64,000 bases of DNA, from the NCBI RefSeq assembly GCF_040938485.1, contig NW_027270909.1, positions 3,162,001-3,226,000 of the forward strand. The letters are read 5' to 3'. Positions 13,816-26,374 of the stretch are shown here, one piece after another (within the stretch, counting starts at the first letter, position 1; each line of letters opens with the position of its first letter). This DNA is from Diadema antillarum (Eukaryota). The translations under genes were made by a program, and so were the position numbers. The notes under the pieces are model-generated. The model saw only the letters and a program-made list of their open reading frames with translations, did no database searches and was not told the DNA's origin.

Positions 13816-16639
13816 CTTCCGTCAGTTTGGATTTTCTCTTATGCTTTTCATATTCTTGCCTTAACATATTATATTAATCCCGAAAATTAACAAAAATAGA
13901 TCAATGCAAAAATGGATAGACATAAATGTATAAATCAACAGACAGATGAATAAAATAATGAAACACAACAATAATGATTGCATTGTATTCTGATTATTTG
14001 AATAGAGACAGAAGTGTGTATACATTTTCAAACGCACGCTTAAACACATTGTAACACACATCCACAAATTGCCTTTGAGGTGTGTGCTTGTGTGTGTGTA
14101 TGTGTGTGTGTGTGTGGTTGTATGAATTGTAGAGTTGTAGTGTTGGTATGATCACTAAAATGATTTTAATCTTTTCAGTTTCAGTGCCACGTAGCAATGA
14201 TCAAACAATGGTAAGTCATGGATTCTGTAATTTACAATCAATGTTCTAAATACTACAATACATTTACCGAAATAAAAGAAACATATTCTGGTATGTGCTA
14301 ATATTCATATGCAAATTGAAGACTACAATCAATTCATATTTTGCTCTCTCAAAAAAGTGGAATTTAGGTCGTGCGCTTTAGATTAAGATATGCTCCACGG
14401 AGGCTTTGATAAAGGTCTTAAGTTGTTGAGGAAATAATTTTGAACCTGAACAACATCGATATTCACTTGATGAAGTTCACTGCAGATTTGATAGCAGAAT
14501 TAGATATATGTAAAATAATGTCATTTTTGTTGTTTTTAGTAGAAAAAAAACCTCCTTCCTATTCAAGCTATGTTCATGAAGATGGTCTTCTGCATTAAAT
14601 TTATAGTAAGTTTTGTAAACTTTAATCTTGAGTGTTCCATATCTCATTGTAAATTCTACATGGCATAGCTTTTATCTTTAATTTTTAACGTTTTTTCATA
14701 CATAAAGAATAAATATGTGCGACATTGTGTGTTAATTTTTATATACACTAATTCTGAGATTTTTTTTCCATTTTTTTTAATAGATTCTTTGTCAGTGTAT
14801 CGACAATGAAATGCAGATATATAACTAAACTGAACTGGACTGCGTGGAGACCCTCCTTCCGTATTGTTCTTTGTGCTTTGTTTTGATAATCAGCTCCAGT
14901 GATATATCTCTTCGAAAGAGACCAACCATGATATAGAATCGGATTGCGTGCCTATTTCAGATACACTAGAATTTGCATTATGCTGACACATCAGGGGATA
15001 TTTCGTTTGTTTCCCTCAAATGAATTTTGTTATCCAAATGGCCATGAATCAATCAAACCATGCAAGGTCTACAGACCCACGGCTCCGTATTATCATTTTG
15101 ATTGTTGTCAGTTAATGCTATGAAATGCATTATTTCTGATCTAATATTACATTTCTAGCAAGTGCCTCGAGCATCACAGCTATAGGCCTATGATGTGAAA
15201 TTTCAAAGAAATAGTGGCAAAACAATTGTGTCCTAAAATTTCACATACATACGTAGACGCATACAGACATTCATCCATTCCTCGAAAACCGACGTATTAT
15301 AACAGCAAACAGCATGATTTTTGATTATCACTTTTGGATTCGTGGTAAACCTACAATGAATAAGAAGTGTAAATAAGCAAACAATAAAAGTAGACTTATA
15401 TTGGGGGCGGTGACTACTAGCTTGATTTGGGGACGTGTTTTGTTCTCAGTTATATCTTTCACTTTCGGTTTGTGTTGCCGATAGCAGACTAAATCGTTTA
15501 TGAGCTGTTTTGTTGGAAATACAGTAGACCGTCTATATCAAAAGCAATGACATTCTGCAACACTGTAAACCCCCGATGTTCTTGAGGTTACAGTTTTACA
15601 AGTACTGAGAAGAAGAATCTTAACATTGAATTGATTTGATTAGTTAAAGAGCTTTTACAATATTATTCTTAATTGTCATATCCATAATATTCGTAAATTT
15701 TTCAGACACTCACGTACCCACGAATGAGCGAAATCCACATGCACGTGTTGCAATTAACAATTCTAAATGGGTAAATTGGATAATTACATTGCATTGATTC
15801 TGTATTTACTATCCATCATAAAACAACTGATCCCTGTCCCGATGGTATTTGAATGGTGATCACTGGAACTTTGTCAGCCGATACTTCCTGTAAGTGGCTT
15901 TAACAGCAATGAATTCATCAAAGAGCGTTCCATGTGTTTCTATGTCGAATATTATTATTATCATTATTTTGTTTGTCAAGTTGTTATCATTGTTCGCATT
16001 CCAACTCCCCTCATTTCTTTTTCTCTCATTTTTTTAACAAATTCAGATCAAAATGATGTTAATTATAAGACTTCATCAAGATATTTGAACGTACGTGGAT
16101 AGCCATTCCATGTCTCTCTAGTACGGTCTTCCTCATCGAAAAACCAGCCTGAAAGGCTTTATGCCCTACACAATGATTATCTGTAAAGATCAGAGTTTTG
16201 AAAATATAGAAGCGAAAATAAATTGGTTTGGTTTATTTCTGTATTTTCAGTAAAGAACAAGCCCAACACAAATAATCTTTTCCAAGATATAAAGTGCAGC
16301 AAGTGCAATGACTGAAATGATAAAACATTACACAAATAAGCAATTGTATTGTGCAATAACTTATACGAATCATATTTATACATAGTAGGTATTTTTTCCA
16401 GTAAATAAGAGAGATAATAATTGAACGCAGAAGACCGCCATCCTGAGCGGTTTAGCTGGAAATGGATAGGACTTCATAATGCTGGTAGCCTGATAAAAGC
16501 CCACAGCTTTTCGGGCAAAAATGTCTTCGCATTTTTATTATCAGATTATCACGGTAATATCTATATACGTATATTTACAAAGATTACCATCGGTGAACAT
16601 ACAGATAGCAGTCTACGAACGAAGCGTAATCGGTTTCAC

Positions 16640-16970
16640 CACTATTCTTATCACCAGAACCACTGTTTTCATTTCTATCAATATCAGGTAGGCACATTAG
16701 AACGTAGACCTTTGCAGAGAACTATCAAATCCTGGAATTCTATTTGTGGTACACCTGGTTGCCGGGAGCGGAAAGGGCATATATGCCTCTTCAGGAGGAA
16801 GGCGCGAACACGGTCGAGCGGATATTGGTTTAATTGGCTCCCCGTCACAACATAATCGATCTGATCTTGGCTGTCGACGGGTTAAGACATTGGTATGACG
16901 TTGCAAGCTGACCCGACCCGAAACTCCCATATCGCATGAAGGTCGTATTGGATTTAAAGAGTGATTAACG
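16640..16970 (+). pseudogene. Decayed unidentified reading frame
   Basis: Reads TFAENYQILEFYLWYTWLPGAERAYMPLQEEGANTVERILV*LAPRHNIIDLILAVDGLRHWYDVAS*; locally higher GC and protein-like composition with in-frame stops. Family not recognised. Confidence 0.3.
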
Positions 16971-17099
16971 CTAAGGATTTATTGATACGAGCAGTGACGA
17001 ACGTTGAACTCTACAGTATGTGGATGACGGTCAACAGGTGGACAAGATGAAACAAAACAACAAAAACTAGACAATAGAAAGCAGAAAACGAGGAAGTAT

Positions 17100-17400
17100 A
17101 AGTATTATTTTTTGGGGGTGTATATATTTAGAAATCATTTCTGAAATGTTGAAGAGCATACCATACATTTTAAGAGGAATTCAAAGTTTAATTTATGATA
17201 ATGGATTTCTAAATGGCTGAAATAAAAAAAAAAAGCAGAACAAAGCAATCATGATAAAAGGTGAGTCCCACCTTTCACTAGGATCGCTTTGTTTTGGATA
17301 TCTCAAGTATTTCAAAAACAAATTGCGTAAAATACACTCTTAATTCTTCTTAGAATTATAATTATCTGAAAGAGCATATTACTGAAAATGTTCCATCCCT
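17100..17400. mobile_element. Partial Kolobok-like MITE (right end)
   Basis: Ends CATCCCT-TTAA; interior similar to the other TTAA MITEs. Confidence 0.4.
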
Positions 17401-18278
17401 TTAAAGGTAGCGTACATTACACATGCGGGGTCAGAAAAGTGCGCGCAAACTTCAAGAAGAACACACAACACACACTCAGACACAGACAAACAGCCAGACA
17501 GACAGACAGACACAGACACACAGACACATAGAAACTTTACATAACCGAAGACGCAAATCATTTTGTTTTGTTTTTTTCCCAAATTTATTCTACTGGTAAG
17601 GTTTTTGTCTACAAAGCTTCAATTTGATATTACATAATATTTCATGATTTGTTTGCTTTTTTTTTTTGGTAATTTCTCATGAATAAATAGAAAGTAAAAT
17701 TTGAATCATGTGTTACTCTTTGTATAATGGAATTACATTGCAGTGAATCATTGAATCATAGTTAACAGTGTTTGCAAATTTATACATCAAGTATACCTGT
17801 CGCAGTCGTGTGCATAGTGCAGAGTTTATAGGACGGCCGATGGTCGTATTTAGATAAAGACATTATGCTTAATAGAAATAAGCACATAAAATATGTGTAT
17901 ATATACACTTTATACAAAATAATCGCGGATATATAAATATAACAATAATATTATGCAATATGAATATCAGAAAATGATACAGAAACAACGGACAATATCC
18001 TTAAATTTGCCACATAGTGGTTACATTATCAGCTAGGGCACACTTGACGTGGATTAGTACACTCAACAACGAGTGATATTAATAGGTTTCATTTATACAG
18101 CAGCTTGTATCTCTTACGAGAGAAATAAAAAAAAGCTGCACTTCCATTTTCTTTACGTATATTCCAGGAAAAATAAAATAAACTGTCTACATGACAAGGC
18201 ATCCTAGAAAGAAATGTTAACATTGTACAACGTACATGAACACTGATGAATAGTGAATACAAAGAAGACAGAATAAAT

Positions 18279-18967
18279 GTGACCGTGCACCTCAAAACGA
18301 ACATAAAGTCGAACACACTGATTTTGCGTGAGGACTGAAAATAAGTGAAATGCGTCAACCTAGCCGAACTTAACTTTTTTATATTTTCTGAAAGAGCGGG
18401 TCTCCTTTTACATTATGCTAAAATTTGGTATCATAAAACGGGCAGGAAAGTGTGTTTTTTAGCAGTTTATCTCAAACATTTTTGGTAGAATAGTGTGATT
18501 AGGTGTGTCTTTAGAATCCTTTTTTCATTTCTGAAAAACCTTGTCCACACTCTTCACTTTCAACTCTAATAACTTTTGAAAGGATGGTGCTACTGCTTTG
18601 AAAGTTGGCATTAATTATGGACAGAATGTGTTAATAAGGCATGCTTAATTTCAATTTAATCTGATAATCCCTTCATTGTTGTTACTCTGGTGGTTTACTT
18701 CCTGTTTTTTTGTCCCATTCATCGCACAGCCAGCACAGTTTGGTAAAGATTAAGCGCTTGAATAGACACTGTACTTCAGAGCCTCTTTTCTCAGTTCACA
18801 CTTTTCCTGAGTTTGTGCTTTCTTTCCAATATTTAGATAGGTTAGGAGAGTCCATTTGATTTGAGTTATACATCATTCTAAAGCTTAAAGTCTGCTCTTT
18901 CAGAATATGGTCTTAACTAAAAATTCATAGCTGGCGACTTTTTGTTTGTTTTGACGTGCAGGGTCAC
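18279..18967 (+). mobile_element. Sola1-like MITE, 689 bp
   Basis: About 33-bp TIR GTGACCGTGCACCTCAAAACGAACATAAAGTCG / CGACTTTTTGTTTGTTTTGACGTGCAGGGTCAC; 4-bp TSD AAAT, fitting the AWWT preference of Sola1; close copy at 32152-32842. Confidence 0.8.
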
Positions 18968-19860
18968 AAATAATGATTACAAATAAGATGCCTCCAAGTC
19001 GCATAAAATCATGATAACTGGAAAAGAAAATCCAGGAATATTTTCAAATAATATAATAAACACATGAACTAAAAATGAGAATGGCAACTTCTCATTTTCT
19101 GTATTTTTTGCTTTATCAAACTTTTGTTTTTATATATAATTGTATGGGTTGTCAAGATTCATACAAACATCAAAACCATATTCATATAACGTGTAAAAAC
19201 AAAGGAGAAAAACGTTTTTTCCCTTCTATTGCATTTTCTCCTTATGAATCCATGCTATAATCCACCTTCATATTCTACATCGAAGACGTGCTATGATGCT
19301 TATTTGTTTTATAACAATTGAGTACTATAAAATGGACACAACAAAACACGTGTAAATCCCCCAGAGGCAACAAAACACGTGTAAATCCCTCAGAGGAAAC
19401 AAAAGCATAAACGAACAGTGAAAAAAATGAAACTGCCTCATATAATCCTTGAATCGATAACTACGAGCCACAATGGTTCGAAGAAAAATGCACTCCCAAA
19501 ATTGTTTAAATGATTTAGAATGTGTATTCAAACCTGAAAAAAAAAATTCGAATCTTATAAGAATGATAGCATCATTACATGTAAAGCGTTATATTCTTCG
19601 ATACTTTTTTTTTATCCGATGTCAGCTGCAGTATAAGAGCATCGTTACAATATTATATCTTTATGATATATCATATCACCACTGTACAGTAGACACAAAT
19701 TTGTGAAATTAGCACTAATGTTTATACTTTTTTTTTCATTTGCCATAAAGTGGCTAACAAACATGAGAACGAAAATACTTGTCCCAATTCATCACACAAA
19801 TATATATCAAAATTCTTTCCACTACTACTCCATTCCACTGAACTGCGATAAGATATTGCC

Positions 19861-19892
<32 letters not shown>

Positions 19893-20114
19893 GACACGTG
19901 TATTTCAGGAAAAAAAAAAACTTTTAGCAGAATACTTCAGTCACCTTTCAAAGTTATTTCAAATATTGCACATTGTATTATCGTTTCATATGCTTTGAAA
20001 TTCTAAGTCAATCAGGCAGGCACAGGCAAAAAAAAATCATATTCCTTGAAATGTTAAATCAATAATGCAGGTAATGGCAAGATAAACTTACAACGGACAG
20101 AGAAAAATGTTTTT

Positions 20115-20932
20115 CTAGAATCGCCTCATGCGCATACAGGCACATGACACGGGGACTTGAAGGGTCTTCTGCTCGTACCGGAAGTGGCCATCCACACACT
20201 GGGTCTTCTGCAGGACTTTCATGTTGTACATCACAGGTTGACATCGAAGGTTAGGATCCACTTCGTGTGTGTAAGGATCCAGACATGCCGAACATTGGCA
20301 CTGGGCCATAGTGATCGCCGTCGGGATACGGTCGGCATCGAAGCATTCCACGTAGGTCCACGGACACGAGCCGTCTTGGTTCGTGATCTCCGGACTTCCA
20401 GGGTTTGGTTGCGCTCCTACGGGGCAGTTCTGCGGGCTGGAGACGCCATCAAACGGACAGCTTGACTTATCGGCGAAGCCCATGTCACTGGTTGAGAGGT
20501 TGAAACTCTGTACAGCAAATGCCGGGGCCTTGGGGTAGAAGAGATTGGCGTTCATCTTCCTGCGGTGTGAATCTGCAGCGTCCAGGGGTAGACACGTCTG
20601 AGCGACAGTCTTGACTTGTGAAGAGTTGACTATTTGCAAGATCGTAGCCACCAGGGCGACTTTGATACATAGACCCTTTAAACAGAAAAAAAGACAATAA
20701 GCTCCAGTAAATTTCAAGATTTAAATTCACAATAGGGGGCCTAATGGTTCATATTTACTCCGTCACAGTACACAACAAAAGATTTGCATTGAACAAAACA
20801 CTCTCGTTAACAGTATATCAAACGACAACTTACTTAGCAACAGTTGGAAAGATTAATTTTAGAGCATGACACTTAATGAAAGTTGAAAATGGAATAATAT
20901 ATAACATATACTAATATATGTATGTATTTATG

Positions 20933-20981
<49 letters not shown>

Positions 20982-21283
20982 CCAATACATACATAGTGTA
21001 TTATATACAAATAGTATGTACATAAGATTATATAATATATATAGGCCTATATAATGTATTTACATAGTGTACGTGCTGGTAATAAAGTTTGATATGAAAA
21101 TAAAGTACACTATTTTCTCGAAGTGCGAAGCTTTTAACCTACACACCTATATATAAATCAATCAACTGATGATTAAAATCCACAAGGAATAATTGAATTG
21201 TAAAAAGACAACAAATTTGCCTCATCCTTAAGATTTTTGTTTTGTTTTAAAATTACGATTTGAATTCGTATACTTACTTTCAT
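20115..21283 (-). CDS. IL17: Interleukin-17 family cytokine, gene A; join(21283..21278, 20675..20115), 188 aa
   Basis: ATG AAA|GTAAGT donor, 602-bp intron, pyrimidine tract and AG acceptor. The product starts with a signal peptide MKGLCIKVALVATILQIVNS. IL-17 cystine-knot motifs are present: CPW, D-x-x-R-I-P, AQCQCSAC, RCQPV, KVL, YEQ, VPVSCAC. Confidence 0.93.
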
Positions 21284-21419
21284 ATTGTAGAGTGGTGACA
21301 TCCAAGTATATCGTCAAGATGTGAAAATGTATCCTGTACGCGGTTTTGCCCCTTTTCCTTAAGCTATGATTTTCAACAGATAACGATGGAACTCTACTCT
21401 GATGACGATGGTACTCGTT

Positions 21420-21668
21420 AGGTAGTATATATACCATAATTTACCGGATGTGTCACCACTGTCAAACCAAGGACAGCCTGGGAAAATCAGACATCTAAAC
21501 AATCAATCAATTGTGTTAGATCACGAGCTGAAATTTCTGTTTGTTTATCGTTTGCTTTTGGTCAATGGTATCCAGTACTCACTCAGAGAGATTCATGGAC
21601 TGCTGTGTTCCAAAGTTCGTCGGATTCCAAAGTAGCGTTTCTAAAATTATCTGATTAAGGGTTTCCCC
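21420..21668 (-). promoter_or_regulatory. IL17-A proximal promoter
   Basis: TATA-like TATATATA at 21426-21433; ETS-like ACCGGATGT next to GTGACA just upstream; kB-like GGGAAAATCA at 21480-21489 and GGGTTTCCCC at 21659-21668. Confidence 0.6.
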
Positions 21669-21910
21669 GTACGTTCGACCATTAGTGTGTTCCCATGTGT
21701 TCTCATGCTGCACTAGATGCGTAAGACGGAGTATCGGGACAAGCCCAAGTACCGAACAAACAACAAAATGTATCCTGTTATGCTAGCAGCTCAATGGATT
21801 ATAAGAGAGATACTTATGGACGAATTTAGGAAGTTGTCATCAATCACTTGAACATCTTCTTTAGTATTATTGCGGCCTTGGAAAGAAATAGTCGAATGAA
21901 AATATGAAAT

Positions 21911-23378
21911 GTGACCGTGCATCACAAAACCAACAAAAAGTCGCACGCACTTATTTTGTGTTAGGACTGAAAACAGGTGAAATGTGTCAACCTAGCTAAT
22001 CTTGAAGTTTGCATATATTATATCATGAAAGAGCAAGTCTTCTTCTACATTTTATAAAAATTCGGGATCATAAAACGAACTGGAAATTGTGCTTTTTAGC
22101 AATTTTTTCTCGAACATTTTTTTTTTGGTAGAATAGTGTGATTACGTGTTTCCCATAGAGTCCTCTTTTCATTTCGTTAAAACCCTGACCATACTCTTCG
22201 CTCTCAATTCCAATAACTTTAGCAAGAATCATGCTACTGCTTTAAAAGTCGGCAATAATCATCTACATAATGTGAAAAGGGTCACAAAAGTGACCCTGCA
22301 TACAAAACCGAGAAAAAAGTCGCCAAACATGTTTTTTTTTTAAATAATAAGAGCAGATTGTAAAAGAACAGACTTTAAGCTTTAAAATGATGTATAACTC
22401 GATTCAAATGGGCTCTTCCAACCTATCGAAATGTTGGAAAGAAAGCACACACTCTGGAAAAGTGTGAACTGATAAAAGAGGCTCTGAAGTACGGGGTCTA
22501 TTCAGGTGCTTAAAGGCATCGTATAATTTTGGTTGAGACCTAAGTTCAGGTTTCTGACACTTTTTGGTGAGATAATGAGAAACCTTTTATGAAGTATGAA
22601 AGAGCATGTAATTCCATGAGGAATTCAACGTTTATTTGATGAAAATTGGTTTTGAAATGGCTGAGATATCCAAAACAGAGTGATTCAATAAAGTGTGGAA
22701 CCCACTTTTCATTACGATCGCTTTGTTTTACTTTGTTTTTGGATGTTTCAGCCATTCCAAACCTGATTTTCATCAAACAAACTTTGAATTCCTCTTAAAA
22801 TGGTATGCTCTGTACTATTTCATAAGTGTTTTCTTGGTATCACACAAAAAGTTCAAAGCCCAATTCTCATCTCCACCAATAATGGGACAAAAGACACAAT
22901 GTAAACCACCAGAGCAACAACAATGAAGGAATTATCAGATTAAGGAGAAATTGAGCATGCTGTATTAACACATTCTGTCCATGATTAATACCAACTTTAA
23001 AAGCAGTAGCACTATCCTGTCAAAAATTACTAGAGTTGAAAGTGATTATAATATAATATAGCCCCCTTTTACATTTCTTGAAAATCCTTTGAGCACCTTT
23101 CACTTTCAAATAATGACAGAATAATCATAAAATACATACTTAATCTCACTACTTTTACAAAAAAGGTTCTAGAAAAACTGCTGAAGACACACTTTCCCAT
23201 TCATTTTATGATCCCCAAATCAAGAATGATAGAGAAGAAGGATAGCTCTTTCAGAAAATATGAAAACCCCAAGATTGACTTCGTTGACACGTTTCACGGT
23301 ATTTTTTTTTTTTTTTTTTGAGTCCTCACGTAAAATCAAGGGATGCGACTTTTTGTTGGTTTTGTGATGCACGGTCAC
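21911..23378. mobile_element. Composite of two Sola1-like MITEs (21911-22285 and inverted 22290-23378) with a nested Kolobok-like MITE (22514 to about 22878)
   Basis: Outer AAAT duplication; internal GGGTCAC-AAAA-GTGACCCTGCA junction; AGGCATCG element inserted at a TTAA site. Confidence 0.65.
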
Positions 23379-24956
23379 AAATTATATGTGAAAAACCATG
23401 AAAATCTTTAAATCAAGTTTTGGTGGCCCGAAATAAAAGCCATGAAAGCAATCCAGTTTGAATTTTGGTTGCCGATCGGGCCACCAAAATAGAAGTTTCA
23501 TGACCCGACACCAAATTTTAGTGGTACCGGGCCACCGAGCCAACCCTAAATATGAAACCCAGTGTAGATTACATAAAAATGAAAGGAACAGTACACTGCA
23601 AACGCAATCCTTTCCAAATTTCAGTTTTATGAGATCTTGATTGGCAGTGTGTTTTCCATGTTCAGGCCTCTATTTGAATTTGTCCCTCTTTTTTCTAATG
23701 CTGATTTTTATTCAATCTGAAGACATTACTAAGTTGAAATTTTCTCTGTAAAAGTGACAGTGGGACATAATTATAAAAGAGTCAGCAACCGGAAGTATAT
23801 ACATGCCACTATCATTATGATGACATACAGTAAAGAAGCAGCTCACCTGGACACTTGTGAGATCTTTCATAATACCCTATGCAGTCACAACTAGATATGC
23901 CAAATGTTTGGCGAACTGTTTCCTCCGATAAAAAAAGTAAATATGAAAAAAAAATGTATATCCATCAACGCAAACTTAACACAATCAGACAAATTTCCAG
24001 ATGACTTATGATTAATTTTGACCGTCAATATGTTCGTATTACTCGGTTGCCTTTTCCACTATTAGCTTTCGTCTTTTTCCGTTTCTTTTTTTTTTTTTCA
24101 TTTCTATTTTCAGCACCACAGCAGCTGCATGAAACACTTCTCTTCTGTAAGAGTTGAACAATTTGTGGTTTATTGATAAGTATAATTAGAAGTTCCATAA
24201 TACATGTATATAATAAAATCGAGCTTACCCTTATTTGGCATCGTTGTGCGTGATATTTTCATAATGTGTCACGAGAGTTTAGTGACTCTCGTGTATTTTT
24301 ATAGCACTTCTTCATGTGCAAGCTGCCATTAAAACAATGCTGCATTCTTATTCAAATGTCATCTTTACTTCGCAGTGGCAATCTAACTAATCAAAGATAA
24401 TACCACAGTTGAGATCTTTGCTCTCCTTTATGAACAATGAACTGACCTCTTCTTTATAAAGACATTCATGTACCACAATGATCTAGATGTGTCTTGCGGA
24501 GGGTCAGACCAGATAAAATCAGCGGAAAACGGTACGATACGAACTGTTAAATCTCTCTGTTTTCCTCCAACACAAATCTAGAGTAACACAAGGAAGATAC
24601 ATCGCCTGCCTGGGATTGATTCTTATCCAATCAATAAAATATTGTCGTTATCGTGATTAATATCACAACCCGAAAGGGAAAAACGATTACATGGATAACA
24701 TGGAATAACTGCACGTTTACAGTATAGGACGAGTAACGACGTCAATTTTGCACTGTCGTTGAGAATTCAGTCACATCCTGAAAAACAGAAATCACATTGG
24801 ACTTCTCGCAAAGGCACAATTGTCATGAGAAATAGGGGGTCCACCTAATTATTTTACAATGATTAACATAGTTATGCAAATGTGTTTATCTGCACATTTT
24901 TCTGCCCAATTGTTAAAACATTTGGTAATGATATAGGTCGAGGGTGAAGGTAAAAA

Positions 24957-25371
24957 GGGATTCCCCCAAACGGGTTCTAACAACAACAACAACAACAACA
25001 ACAATTGTGAAGAAAGGAAATGATATTTCGTGAAAAATCCAGTGAAATAAACAACAACGAAAACAAAACGGTAGAGAGATAGATACTCTTCTCTTAAATA
25101 GCCTATTATCCTCGCATTCACAAGGCTAGCTAAACAAGGGAGGCGCGCTGCTGGAAGGAAATGCCCTCTTGGACCAGAATAGTAGTTTCATATTTGAATA
25201 GGCGTGCACTCCGTGGCATAAACCCGGCGTGCGCCTGCAAACAAACTATAACGCTGAGGAAGACACGGCACGGCTCCGGGTAGCGGGGCAAGGAAGTGGA
25301 AAGCATGAAGACACGTTCCGAATTTGCAAACATGACGTAATATAGGTCCGGCAAGTCGAGGGTTTATATAG
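24957..25371 (+). promoter_or_regulatory. IL17-B proximal promoter
   Basis: Consensus kB site GGGATTCCCC at 24957-24966; GGAAATGCCC at 25157-25166; TTTCATATTTGAA; TGACGTAA at 25333-25340; TCCGGCAA; TTTATATAG at 25363-25371. Confidence 0.6.
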
Positions 25372-25554
25372 CTGCGATCAATTCGATGGGTCCTATCAAC
25401 CACCATCCCTTCACAGCCAACATCAAACCCCAAGTGCTCTTTCGTCTAGCCACCTTCGGAAACAGACACTCAGCATTTCTGATTCCCAACCGGTCTTGAA
25501 GCACAGAACACGGTGACGATCGAATACAAGCAGGACATCATACGAAACGTCAAT

Positions 25555-26374
25555 ATGAATGTAAGTAATGTGAAGCTCGTCTTTGAGAAAGTAGGTTTAC
25601 CTATTGAGAAGATTATCATGAGCGATCACATGATGAATAATACAACCAGTTTCATTCAGTGAAGCAACGAATATGTCTGTGGGCCTTTGAGATTTTAAAA
25701 CCATTTTTTTTTCATAAGAATTAGAATGATATGTCTACAAGCATGATATAGAGTCAGCCATCGGAAACTGCTATTCCAAGGTGAAATAAAAGTATTTATT
25801 TGTTCCTCTTTTGTTTTGAATACAGAGCGCATATCTTATAGCATCATTAATTGCGACAATCTTCGGAGCTGTCATGTCTTCGCCGATCCCGAGCACCTCT
25901 CAGGCATGTCTCCCCACGGACGCTGCTGACGTCCACCGTCGAGAAGTGAGTGCGGAATTATTCTATCCTAACTCTGCGGCATTCGCCGTACAGAGTTTCA
26001 ACCTGTCTGCCAGTGACATGGGCCTGCCCGATACGTCAAGCTGTCCGTTTAGTGGCGACTCCAGCCCGCAGGCCTGCCCTGTAGGAGAGAAACCAAACGC
26101 TGGAAGTCAGGAGAACCAAGACGCCTCGTGTCCATGGACCTACGTGGAATGCTTCGATGCTGACCGTATTCCAATGGCGATCACTATGGCCCAATGTCAG
26201 TGTTCGGCATGTCTGGATCCTTACACACACGAAGTGGATCCCAACCTTCGATGTCAACCTGTGATGTACAACATGAAAGTCCTTCAGAAGACTCAGTGTG
26301 TGGATGGCCACTTCCGGTACGAGCAGAGGACTCTTCAAGTCCCCGTGTCATGTGCCTGTATGAGACGAGCATAA
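25555..26374 (+). CDS. IL17: Interleukin-17 family cytokine, gene B; join(25555..25560, 25826..26374), 184 aa
   Basis: ATG AAT|GTAAGT, 265-bp intron, TACAG acceptor in phase 0; signal peptide MNSAYLIASLIATIFGAVMS; complete IL-17 domain. Confidence 0.93.

Noticed and set aside
18279-23378. Idea that gene A was inverted by recombination between the flanking Sola-like MITEs
   Set aside because: The 18279-18967 copy retains matching AAAT duplications on both sides, as does the composite. The copies are also diverged, so no exchange is evident.
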